Shown here: positions 1 through 13,497 of the stretch, piece by piece
How the letters are laid out: every line of letters starts with the position of its first letter
Position numbering within the stretch: position 1 is the stretch's first letter
Assembly (NCBI RefSeq): GCF_000181795.1
Contig: NW_003526945.1
Coordinates: forward strand, 4,448,680 to 4,510,407
Length of the DNA: 61,728 nucleotides
Direction of reading: 5' to 3'
Source of the DNA: Trichinella spiralis
Lineage: Eukaryota
Notes under the pieces: generated by a model
What the model saw: the letters and a program-made list of their open reading frames with translations, nothing else
Told to the model about the DNA's origin: nothing
Databases searched by the model: none
Program-made: the position numbers and the translations under genes

Positions 1-1846
1 TTTGTAAAACCGAAAATAAATTTTTCCCACAATTTCAGCAGTGCAGATGGCCATTTCATCTCTTCCAACATTTACTGCTGGAGTATTTACAACAATGTCG
101 CGAATGAGCAACATCAGCATATATATGCCATTGCTAAATTAATTAAATTAACGCAAATTGAAAAATTAACAAATAATCCAATACCTAACGTAAATATGCT
201 TCATTGTATAAAGCGGCATTTTATCATTCAAATTGTTGTAATGTTTCATATATTGATCACGACTACTGGCATTCGATTTTACATTGAGCACATTTTCAAA
301 ATCATTTTCAATAAGCACGTATTGATGAAATTCACTTTTACAAGTAAGAATAGAATAAGCCACATAAAACGATACATCTTTCATATGCTTCAAATAAATT
401 CTTGTCATATTCTTTTCAAATATTTCATACATTTCCAAGCAAGCTTTAGGCAAATCATTTCGCAGCAAATTTCTCAAGTAATCATCATGATGAATTTCCG
501 ACATTGATACTTGAAGCATCGATAATACAGGATTCAACAATTCCATGACAACTACACGAAGCAGACAACGAACATCACATTTCAAAAGCTTTGCATAAAA
601 CTTGTCATTCAAATTTAATTTAATGCTTACAAACTTTTCACAACGTGCGGTCCATGTTTCGATAAAATTATCGAAAAAATTTTGTAAAATATTCTTTGAT
701 TTATTTATAATTGCCGGTTGATAATATTCATTAACAAACTTCAGAAAATATGTGCTGAAATTCGAAGAAAGATTTTGGCAGATTATCGCATTGAAAAACT
801 TTTCATCCAACCGCTTTGATAAACATATTAGCATGCTGTTGAATAATTCGGCGATGTTAATTGAAAATATTGTTTTTCGTAATTTATGACGTGAAACACC
901 AAATCTCAATTCAACAATATCTGAATTGCTTGTCAACCAAAACAATAGGGACCATTTTTCCTCCAAAATTCGCAAACAAGACATTTTGGGCGTTTCTGTA
1001 TTCCACTTTAAACTAACATTACCGTTCATTGCCAATGATATCAAATCTGCTCTTTCCATCAAAATTTCTCCCATTCTACCAATATCGTTCATAATTGATC
1101 GCAAACAATAATCCCAAACAAAACCATCACTGCTGTCATCACAATAATTGCAAATTGTATCATAATCATTATAAAGACAATGGAAACGTTTAAATAAATC
1201 ATTATAAAATTTTAAATCCTTTTCCTCTTCAGAACCAACTACTTTAACACCACAAACTGCAGCTTCATCAACCTGCTGCTTCCACTAAAAATTTTTATTT
1301 AAAAATAATTAATTACAAACAAAAACATATTATAACAGCTCAATTAGTTTCTTCAAAAAAATATCGCATTATTATCAATTTATTTTAAAAAATACTTAAA
1401 TTATACAACAGTAAAACAGCCATGCAAACTCAATACAAATAACACAATTGCTAAGTGTTAAATTAATTACATTACGTTGTTAAGAAGGCAAAGTTATGCA
1501 TGCAATCATTTAAATAAATATGTATTCAGATGAAAAGTGGAAAATAAATTATAACAGTGTCACCACTTGAATGTTTTATATCATTCCATTTTCAGAAAAT
1601 AATAATAATAATAACAATAACTTACGCTAGCAGATGCTACATCTTTTCCACAATTGTACTTTTCAGTCAAAGCTTCTCTCAATCTATTCTCCAATCGATG
1701 CTTCAACATCTGCACCGTTAATGAAATATTCATTCTTGAATCCATCATTATTCGACCACAAAAAATATCAAACAAATGAAATATCTCGAAAATTTTTAAT
1801 CCAGTCTTATTGGTCGCTGTATTCACAATGACAACAACGAAACCAA
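1..1846 (-). CDS. Multi-exon hypothetical protein, 3' end outside window; further 5' exons possible
   Basis: Phase-compatible exons 1846-1626, 1284-185 (about 366 open codons, includes ORF 166..1104) and 133-1 (open to the edge), joined by GT..AG introns including a 51-nt intron at 134-184. No family motif recognised. Confidence 0.7.
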
Positions 1847-2754
1847 CTAAATTGCTAAAAGAAAAAGATGGTCAACAACAATTTAGCGTTGGAAAATTTT
1901 AAACTTTAAAAAGCACAAGTTCAATATTTGCTTTAAACATATGATAACAATTTCATATTTTTATTAAACCATAAATGCACGTGAACTATAGGTAATTAGT
2001 TTTATCTCTCAAATTATGAACAACTGTTAAAGGATAGATTTGAATTTCACTTTTTTATTGGCAAATACAGAATTAATAAATGCAATTAATTTTTGAAAAA
2101 TACTTTTATCTCTATAATATTCAATATATTCATGTATTAGAGTAAGAAACTTTTTACTTTCAGTTAATTCTTCAGAATACTGACGCCAAATAAAACAACA
2201 CATATTATGCTTTCTTGGATTGTAGATCATGTTCAAAAGAAATTACTATTCAATTCAGTTACTTTATTAATTACAATTCATATGCAAAATTAAATATTTC
2301 GAATGCTACCTGTTGTGTAACACTTTTCCATCTCCAGTGAAAACGTCTACCACTACCGCGCTCTCTTGTTTCAGTTCAGCAAGCTTTCAGCTTCAATAAC
2401 TCTGCATCAGTCTCAGTAAAATATTAATATGCAGCAATGACATCCACTAAAATCAACAATATTTTATATTCATAAATTTCCCTAATGCATAATTCGTAGC
2501 ATTCAAACTGACTTCATAACTACGGTCCATAATATTTCAAAAATTCTTCATCCAACAGTATAGATTGTTGGGCATAATAAATTCAGTTTAATAACATAAC
2601 GATTAACAAAAATTACATAAAAATAACGATAATACAAATTAGAAAAACTGAAAAAGGAACACAAAAAAATTCAAACTAATTGAAAAAAAAAATAATTTCC
2701 TCGAACAATAATATAAGAATAATTTGATATTATATATATATAATATCAAATTAC

Positions 2755-4106
<1,352 letters not shown>

Positions 4107-4143
4107 CAGTCAACTGTTACTGTAAAATACAGTACGGTCTACT

Positions 4144-5007
4144 CCCCGAGTATACTTCAAAGGCATGCCGCTCAACATTTGATTGGCCTTAAATTTCATT
4201 GGTTTTCATGCTGGCTAAATTTCATTAGTTTCTGTTGCGATGAGCTTTATTCGTTGTCGCAAACCTAAATTTTTACTGGTTGCCATTGTAATGCGTGCTA
4301 TTTGCCAAATTTTGATTTTATTTTAATGGTCAGTTTTCTGATATTCAAAGCTTTACTATTTTATGATACTTATGTGGTAAAATTAATTACAATTAAGTAT
4401 TTAATGAAATTCAGTGAAATGGTGAATCCATGTGATCTTTCTTACTAATAGCACCCATAACTTCTAAATTCAATTTATACTTTAATTTAAACTTATATTT
4501 AACTTCATCAAATTAAGAAACAAATTAATAGAAAGCAAACTTTTAAACAAGGTCTTTAAAATGCTCAATAGTATACACGCAATAAACTAAGTCAGTTTAA
4601 ATTAAAGTAAAGCAAATTTCTTAGATGTGATCAGCAGTTCTATGAATATAATTATACACAGAAATGAAACCACAAGCAAATTTGTTAATAAACTTATAAT
4701 TTTAAATTGCTAGTCAGCTTTTAAATGTGTAATTTAGCTACTACTAATAGACATATAGAAGATAAAGAGTAAAGCTCAGAATAAAAAAGTGACCATTAAA
4801 AAGAAACCAAAATTTGACAAATAGAATGCATGAAAATGACAACTAGTAAAATTTAGATTCCCAACAGCGAGTAAAATTCATCGCAACAACAACTAATGAA
4901 ATTTAGCCGCCGTAGAAACCAATAAAATTTAAAACCAATCAGAGTTCTACGCAAAATTTACAACCAATCAAAGTGTGAAGCGGCAAGTCTTTGATGTATA
5001 CTCGGGG
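4144..5007. mobile_element. Putative non-autonomous TIR element (MITE/Mutator-like) with ~120-bp imperfect terminal inverted repeats
   Basis: 4144-~4260 (ccccgagtatacttcaaaggcatgccgc...ggctaaatttcattagtttctgttgcgatga) is the reverse complement of ~4860-5007 (tcatcgcaacaacaactaatgaaatttagcc...gcggcaagtctttgatgtatactcgggg). The right copy has a ~30-bp insertion. Interior is AT-rich and non-coding; ggtctac occurs at both ends (4136-4142, 5006-5012). Confidence 0.6.
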
Positions 5008-5315
5008 TCTACCACAAAATAATGATTTTAACGGCATTGAATCTTTAAATGTTGAATGCGATATATTTGTAATATAAACAATTCCATTAATAATGTATCA
5101 CTTCTCATGTTTTCATGTTGTTAGCTTTTCCGCATTTGACAGTTGATGCTGTTGAAATCTTGAAATTAATGAGGTACCAGAGGCGTTCCTTTTGTATGAA
5201 TCGTTTAATTTGATATATGTGGCTTGGCGCTGTGAATGCCACGTCTAGGAATAATAAATAGATTCCGGCGTTACTTTACGTTTATTCCATTATTTAAATA
5301 AATTATCACATATTG

Positions 5316-5415
5316 TAATATAATATAATATAATATAATATAATATAATATAATATAATATAATATAATATAATATAATATAATATAATATAATATAATA
5401 TAATATAATATAATA
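5316..5415. repeat. (TAATA)n pentanucleotide microsatellite, about 19-20 units
   Basis: Direct reading of uninterrupted taatataata repeats. Confidence 0.97.
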
Positions 5416-6564
5416 AAAAGCAAAAAATAAGATCATACTAGTCTGAAAACAAAAGTAATATAAATGAAACTATACAAATAACCGATCATATTCAATAACA
5501 AATCTAAAGCGCACCAGCAAATATACATCACAGTCGAAACCTGTACAAATAGTATTTCTACATATTATAATCATGCACGAGTAATATAATACGTAATAAA
5601 AATATGGCATAATGATGACATGCACAAATGATAGCAAAGTAAAACAGAAGGAAGCACAATTACATATCAAAAGTAATACAACAAAATAAAAACATATGAA
5701 TAACAATAATGATGCTATATAATAATAATCATGCACAATTTACAATATTACGATGTAATAAAAATTTGTACAAATATAAGTAATAATAAGACATATAAAA
5801 TGGTTAAAATATTATCGCATTAACAATAAAAAACTAAAAAAAATAATTTATATTTTTTGAAGGCTAAATTTTGTTTGGTAAATTATTAAATACAACTTTC
5901 ATTAACATAAATTGCAAGAAAACGTTCTTCGAATATTTACATTCATATTAACGTCCGGCTATTTGTCCTGCTTTTTATTAAATTACCTTATATACAGTAA
6001 AACTGTAGTCATGCCGTAATATACAGTAAACTTAATCATTGCTGTCTGTTAATAGACTTAATAAATTTAACTTATATAATTTATCAATAATATCATGTCT
6101 GACTTGATCATATATGTTTTGTTTTATATAATTTCACCTTTGTGATGTCAATGTTTATGTAAACTTACTTATCTTTCTTACTGTTCCGATGATATTCTTC
6201 AACAGATTTAAGATTTTAGATCTGCCTTAAAATTAATTATGTGCATCGCATGCTTCATATTTATTTTAAAATTTAATGGCAGTCCATAAACTTTATAAAA
6301 ATTATTAAATCTTGCGCTATTATTTTACATAATGGTCATGAGTACATTGCTTAAAATTATCATTATGTTTTTATAAATTTCAGTTCTGACTAAAAGAGTT
6401 TTTCAATTTTAGTTTTATCATTTGCACTTACTGTTTTTATAAATTTTTGTTTTCCGTGTATGCTGTACTTCAACTACTGTTTCTTGTAATGTTGTAATTA
6501 AGAAATACGGCGAATTGCTAATAAGTGATGTAGTGATTTCATTTTTGTTTCAATTTATGAAAAG

Positions 6565-9500
6565 ATGAGTATTGTTGAGGAAAAAAAATATTTTGAGAAT
6601 GTACCAAAGAAAATTTCCATTGCTGGCAAAGCTTCACTCATCTGGGTGATAATTTATTTTTGTTATAGTTGCTGAAACTTTCTATAGGATGCGTGTTGTT
6701 ATTAATTGTGATTTGATTTTTCGTAATAGGTTTGTTGAATGCTTCATTTTGTTGTTTAATTCTTGTTCTTGATTCATTGAAAATGACTTTTATTTAGGAA
6801 ATGAATAATCGCGGTAAGAAAAAGTCAAAGACCCCATTATTCAACCCAGATTTCGTTTTCAATGTAACTAGCAATACGGTTTTCGAGGAGAAGCTAAGTT
6901 TTTTGAGAACGTTAGCGAAGCAAGGCACAAGTATTGATTTGAATTCGCGAATTTCGGAAACTCGTCAGAAATTTGACGAAAAAGTACTTGTTTTGTTTAG
7001 ATCTTGTTTCTATATTATTCTACTCTGTATATTATGCTTAAATAAGAACAATTGTTTGATGTAGTTTTAACAAACCAAAAAAAATACATGCATGAAGATC
7101 ACTTTCAACATCAAGAAGTCAGTTTAGCCGTTGTGATTAACTTTTTTTTCGTTAATATAATTTGTTAATTGGAAAAGAATGTTTTTCAGTTACGTCAGTG
7201 TGATGCCCGGACACGAGACAAAGTCGAGTTATCAGATTCTGGCAGTGAGCCGAGCAGTGAAGACGAAAAAGTGCAGGGTGGTTCAGGTAACTGATATTAC
7301 AACTAATGCTTTAAATTTCGTTCTAGTTTTATATGCGTTGCAGGATGTTTTGTAAATTTCTTTTAGTTGCTTGTACAGAAACATTTGACATCTGGCATTG
7401 TTAGTGATAAAAGTTTTTTCTTCTTTGAGAATTTGGCTAAACGTTTTAATTTTATATCTGAATGAGAAGTTTCAGACGAGCAGTTTATTGTGAACTTGCA
7501 CTTGAATATCCGAATGTGTTAATTGTGTTGAAATTATTTTATAATAATTGAGAATTTATATTTTAGATTTGATTCGTGAAAAGCTCAGAAAAGGGAAACC
7601 TGCGGTAATTTATTATCAATTTTTTAGGAATTTTAAACAAATAAATACATGTATATATTATGTTTATAGAAAGAAAAGGAAGACAACTTTTTTGATAACA
7701 GATCTAAGTACAACATTTCATTGACATTTGAAGAAATGAATTTGTCTCGATCATTGAATAAGGTAAAACATGAAAATGTTTTGTTTCTTTAAATGATTAT
7801 TATGTATATATTTTTTGTTATATGTATATGTTGTTTAATTGTAAATATTAAGGCAATTTCATCGATGAACTACGTTAATCCCACTCCTATCCAAAGTGCA
7901 TGCATTCCAGTGGCATTACTTGGAAAGGACATTTGTGCCTGCGCTGCTACTGGAACAGGTAAAAATCTCAAAACAGCACATGTGCATATTTGGTTTCAAA
8001 TGATATACATTAAAATGAAGTTGTTTTTTATGAGTAAATTTGAAAAAAATGAATTAAAATTTTGAATCACAGAGAATAGAAGAGAAGATGAATGATTATT
8101 TTTATAAAGTGAATATTTTCACATGCATGTTTGTGTGATGATTGATTCATTTTTTTGTTTTTATTTGTTGTATTGCGTTTGATTGTAATTTAATTGAATT
8201 TGAATGAATACTTGACCATTTTGCAGGCAAAACTTGCGCTTACATGATACCAATTTTGGAGCGATTGTTGTTCAAACCTGTCGGCCGGCGGATTACACGC
8301 GTGCTTGTGATGGTTCCAACGCGTGAATTGGCTATGCAAGTGTACGAAACTGGTACGACTTTGGCGAAGTACACTTCTATCAGCATCGCACTGAGTACAG
8401 GTAAACTGTTCGCTTTCTGTTCCCGTTGGTGCATTTCTATAAATGGCAAAGCAACAGCATTGTAAAGTAGAATATGTTTTTTAAAAAAAATAATTTATTT
8501 AAAATAATTCAAAATTATAATTTAATAACGAAATGATGCTGATGCTTGATGTTTTTTTTGTATATTTTCAGGTGGGATGGATTTGAAATCCCAAGAAGCC
8601 GCTTTGCGGCTCAATCCAGACGTGGTCATTGCAACGCCGGGACGTCTAATTGATCATTTGCATAATAGTCCGGGCTTCAATTTGAACGGGGTTGAAATTC
8701 TTGTACTGGACGAAGCGGACAGGTATTCTGATTGGGCATAAGTTGTTTTTTGTGTTGTTATTTTCAAATTTGTCGCGCAGGATGTTGGACGAACATTTTG
8801 AAGAGCAAATGTTGGAAATCATGCGACTCTGTTCACCAACTCGTCAAGCGATGCTCTTTTCCGCAACAATGACTGATAAAGTGAATTTTGTTTAATTATT
8901 AATTATTATTTTTTTTTTGAATATTTTTTTCAGGTGAAAGATTTGGCGTCGGTTTCGCTGAAAAAGCCAGTGAAATTGTTTGTGAACGAAAATACGGAAA
9001 TGGCGTTGAATTTGAGACAACAGTTTGTCCGCATTCGGAAGGAACGTGAATGCAGTCGTGAAGCAAGTTTGGCCGGTAAAAAATTATTCCAATACACACG
9101 CATTAACTTCCAAATATTTTCCATATTATCTGTTTGGATTATGAATTTATTATTATTATTATTATTATTCAGCTTTGTTGAAACGTTCTTTTACAAGCAA
9201 AGTGTTGTTGTTTGCCGGCACGAAAGAGGTCTGTCATCGTTTGCGACTGTTGCTCGGTTTGCTTGGAATACGTGTCGCAGAATTGCACGGCAATTTATCC
9301 CAAGCTCAGGTATGTATGGGTTTGACAATTTTTAGTTCGTATGCTTGTAATTGTGTTTTTCTTGTCTGTAGCGCATTGATGCTTTGGAACAGTTCAAAAA
9401 GGGTGTGGTCGACGTGCTCGTCGCAACTGACGTCGCCGCCAGAGGCATCGATGTCCAAGGCGTGAAAACGGTAAAAAGCAAAAAATAAACGTTGTTGTTG

Positions 9501-10536
9501 TTTGTTTATTTGTTTGTATTCAAAAATTGAACATCGTCCAATAAATTGCAGGTGATCAATTATCAAATGCCGCATGTATTCAAGCTTTACGTGCATCGCG
9601 TCGGGCGTACGGCCAGGGCTGGTCGCAGTGGGTGTGCAGTTTCGTTTGTTTCCGAGGATGATCGTAAATTGGTAAAAGAAATTGTCAAACACTGTCCGAC
9701 GAGCATCAAGCGACGCATATTGAATAAAGGTACCCACAGCCACACCCCACATATATATATATATATATTATCATAAAAGTTGTGTCGATTTGATTGATTG
9801 TGTTTTAAACAGATGCGGTGGAAAGTTGTCAGAGGATGATCGACGAACTGCTTCCAGAAATTGACCGCATTGTTGAAGAAGAGAAACAAGAACGCCAGTT
9901 GTCGATTGCGGAGAAACAAATTGCCCAGGCGAAAGCGAAGCTTGAAAACGACCATCATCAAGCCGGCGCCACTACGAGCTCGAAGGCGAACAATAATCCC
10001 CAAAGGGTGTGGTTTCAGACGCCGGTCGCTCAGAAGCTCGAAAAAGGTTGTTTGTTTATTTGTTTATTTATGTTGTTTATTTATTATTGTCGTTGTTGAT
10101 TGTTTGTGTTTGTAGTTAAAAACAAACAGCTGTACAAGGAGGCGTTGAGAAAAAGCAGTGGCGCTAAGCAAAAGTCGACAGATGTGAAAACGCGAAAGGT
10201 ATCAACAACAACAACAACAATAATAATAGTAATAATTAATATTTTTAGAAAAAGTTGTCAGATGCACAGGACGAAAGTGGAGGACGGTTTGAAAAATTGA
10301 TCGACTATCAAGTTCGTGCCGCGAAGCGAAAACGCCGACAAGCTCGACTACGTGCGTGCGTTGAAAACGCCCCAAAGATGGCCGCTAAAAATGGTAATTA
10401 ATGTTCATGTTGTGAATATATATATATATATCGATTGAATAATTTTTTTTCTCCTTCCTATAATATTTTTCAAACAGTGAAACGCAAGTTTCACCAGTCG
10501 TCGTCGTTCGGCGTGGAATATTCGAGTTCCAAATGA
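6565..10536 (+). CDS. DDX27: DEAD-box RNA helicase DDX27/DRS1 (60S biogenesis), about 17-18 exons; start could be 6565 or 6801
   Basis: Q motif FEEMNLSR...[90 protein letters not shown] at 10534-10536. Confidence 0.92.
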
Positions 10537-10867
10537 TTCAGCAGCATTCCACTCACACTGGTGGTTGGCTTTTTTCGGAATATGCTCTTTCTTGACAAGC
10601 GGCAGCAATCATTTGAAGAGAATGATGTTCTATTTTTTTTTATTGAAAATAGTTCGAGAGACAACAAACAAACAAACAAATAAACAAATCAACCAGCACC
10701 GGTATTTTTTTTGTCCCTCGCATAATGACGCGTACGAAAATAAACAAACAACAGCAGCAGCTAAAATAGTACAGCAATTTGAACCCCATCCCCCAAAAAA
10801 AGAAAAGAAATAAAACAGAATAACATTTTATTGTGTGTGATACGCGATATACTTGTGGAACAAAGGT

Positions 10868-12202
10868 TCACTTTTGCATGGCGTGAACAATGTTGGAAAA
10901 ATAGGCGGCCGTACGTTTGAACAAGGTTGTTGTTGTCGGCTGTTGTTGGTCGAGTTCCGCGTTGTCGACTGGCGGACTGTCCGAATAACGTGGCGACGTG
11001 GCCATGGGGTTCGGAGCGAACAGTGACGACGACACCGACGACAACTGCCACGTCGAGTAGACGGTAGTTGTTTGGCGCCGGGCCCCAGACACCAGCGCGT
11101 TCAGACGTCTGGTGTATTCGGTGAACATCCAGTCGGGCAATGGATGCGGCCGCACCAGTCTGGCGAGCCGGTCGTCGCTGAGAAACATGAACAAATTGCG
11201 GAACGGCATGTCGTAGCAGATGCCGTTGTCGACGCTGCACCGCTGGCTGCAGCGGAGCGCCAGCACGTTGGCGTCCAGATGCAGAACGGACACTTGGAAC
11301 CTGGCCCGGCCGACGTGCTCGTAGGAAAATTCCACGGGACTGACTTGGAATGGGAGACGGTAGTCGAGTATGCGGGCGAGGATGTCGAGCAGTTGGGCGA
11401 GGAAGGACAGGCCGGCGCAAGTGCTGCGCTCGGGGCGGTGGTCGACCGAATCCGGCTCGACGTTCAACAGTCGCTTCAGTCGGTTGACGACGATGTAATC
11501 CGCAGCGATGCAATAGTCGACGAAACGAAATACAGTAGCCGACAGGCGTTCGGCCAGCAACCACCGCTGGTAGTGGACAGGGGTCACTTTGACCAACGCC
11601 AAGGTCGGTGGCGTCGGACTGACCGGCGAACGGGAAAAAAATTCCGGATTACTCGCCTCGAACGGCAGAACGCAGCGCACCACGTCGGCCGCTGCACGGT
11701 CCCGTCTACGCAACAGCTTCCCCTCGCAGTGGGCCAGTTGAGCGTCCCAGTCGCGCAGGGCGTGGTTCCTGTCCACAATCCGCCGTTCCAATCGCCAGCA
11801 CAACGACTGCAAGTGGTCGATCACCTGACGCTGGCAGTGATTTTGGAACAACAAATCCGCCAACTGCTGTCGCTTGCAGGTGATGCTTTTGGCGAACAGC
11901 AGCACCGTCCGTCGCAACTCTTCCAATTGCACCTCCAAGCGGTCCAACTCACCGTAAACCGCCAGGCTGGGATCTTCCACCGACCGCACTTCGTAGATCG
12001 CGTTCATCAGCAACTGCAAGCCGACCACGAGCCGACGGCGATTCTTCAACCTGGCCCAATCCAGGCGGTCGTTCGTACAACGACCACAGCACAATCGACC
12101 ATCCGTGAGCTTGCAAGTCGAGCAGCGAACCAACAACGGTCGAGGGGTCGTTGTCGAATTCACCAGCACGTCGTAATGGAACGCTTGCAAGTCGTCGGAC
12201 AT
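10868..12202 (-). CDS. ATG14: ATG14/Barkor (Beclin1-associated PI3KC3-C1 subunit), intronless; start at Met 12202 or 12238
   Basis: N-terminal CxxC..CxxC (CSTCKL..CCGRC), long coiled coil, TCAGLSFLAQLLDILARILDYRLP and LDANVLALRCSQ...FRNLFMFL matching recalled ATG14 blocks (AALCYATQLVNILSHILDVNLP; LNANILYLCFSQ..LRNLMYL), and an amphipathic C-terminal helix (BATS-like). Confidence 0.8.
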   Translation of the reverse strand: MSDDLQAFHYDVLVNSTTTPRPLLVRCSTCKLTDGRLCCGRCTNDRLDWARLKNRRRLVVGLQLLMNAIYEVRSVEDPSLAVYGELDRLEVQLEELRRTVLLFAKSITCKRQQLADLLFQNHCQRQVIDHLQSLCWRLERRIVDRNHALRDWDAQLAHCEGKLLRRRDRAAADVVRCVLPFEASNPEFFSRSPVSPTPPTLALVKVTPVHYQRWLLAERLSATVFRFVDYCIAADYIVVNRLKRLLNVEPDSVDHRPERSTCAGLSFLAQLLDILARILDYRLPFQVSPVEFSYEHVGRARFQVSVLHLDANVLALRCSQRCSVDNGICYDMPFRNLFMFLSDDRLARLVRPHPLPDWMFTEYTRRLNALVSGARRQTTTVYSTWQLSSVSSSLFAPNPMATSPRYSDSPPVDNAELDQQQPTTTTLFKRTAAYFSNIVHAMQK

Positions 12203-13421
12203 CCACGTCCACCGTCGACCGCACGCCCCGTGAGCCATGGCTGGACACGAGCAAAAACCAAACGCCAAACAACAAAAAACTCAACCAGCCATCGAACGCA
12301 ACGGCTACGCAATCAACTGCGACGTCGTTGCTTGATTAAAATTGTGGACAAAAAACAACAGAATTCAACAATTCGAACACCAACGAACAACAGTACCACT
12401 GTCAGTTAACAACACGGCTTTGCGGATAACTTTGTTTGTTTCTTTCAGAATACAGTACCATGATGTTCAGGTTTAACAATTACAAAACAACGGTGAACTG
12501 ATCGAAATTGACATTTCAGTTGCTCATCTGAAAACTTTGAATCGAAACAAAACATCAATAACAGCATATTTTTTTAATAATTTGTATAACTTTTCAAATT
12601 AAATTTTAACTTTCAATTCAATTTCACCACTGCCATGGGATGTGAACAGAAAGATTTTATTCACATGCAGAAATGATAATTATGAAAAATGTTTTTTTTA
12701 TTGATTAATTATGAAATTTGTTTGAAATTTAGAAAAAAAATATTCGCATGACCGCAGTTTGTCAAGCAGCGTCACGTTGAATAAAGTGAAACTGAAAAAA
12801 TATTTGAACTTATTATTGACAAAAAAACCAGAAAATGTGCAATTCAATTTAAAAATAAAACAACAAAAAAATAATGCCTACTCTTCCGTATTACTGTGTT
12901 TCCTGTTGCGTTTGCTTTGTTTTGTTCAGTTCATTTTTTGTCACGCCCCACTTTATGGAATCGAAAAGCAAATAGTAGAATAACCCATAATTATTTACGG
13001 TCAAATGCAAATGAATAGTACTTTGAAATTACAACACAGACTTTGACAAAAATGAAATTCTCTCCTGTTGTCCTTATTACTGTAGATGGCGTTGTAGTTA
13101 TTTTTTTTAAAAAACGATGTTTTTTTCAACTGAAAACTTAATCTAATTTATGTGCACATTTTTAAAACTTGAATCAAATGTAATGCTTTTGGGGCATTTT
13201 GCAAAAGTTGTAAAAAATTTAATTTGAAAATTCATTCAAATCAACGCACACATTTTTTTAATTTGATCAGTTGTAAGATTGTAAAAGAAAAATATTTAAA
13301 ATTTAATAAGTAAATTTTCATAGAACAATAACCACGTTGCGCAAATGCGACAGTTCTCGATTGTTGGGCTTGCTGTCATAAAAGGCAAACATCTGCTTGA
13401 ACATCAATTACAGTAAGTACG

Positions 13422-13445
13422 ACGTCAGCGAACTTATGCTGACGT
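13422..13445. promoter_or_regulatory. Inverted pair of bZIP (XBP1/CREB3/ATF-type) GCTGACGT sites upstream of DNAJB11
   Basis: acgtcagc-gaacttat-gctgacgt, ending 53 bp before the ATG; CCACG plus TTGCGCAA also at ~13332-13344. Confidence 0.45.
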
Positions 13446-13497
13446 TTCGTTTGTGGAGTGTTTGGAGTGATAATTTGAATAAGGTCGCTTGCCGGGA

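Noticed and set aside
11072..12409. 445-aa + strand ORF, and the 267-aa alternative-frame ORF 10761..11564
   Set aside because: Antisense or off-frame shadows of the GC-rich ATG14 CDS; no motifs, and stop-codon scarcity is expected from codon bias.
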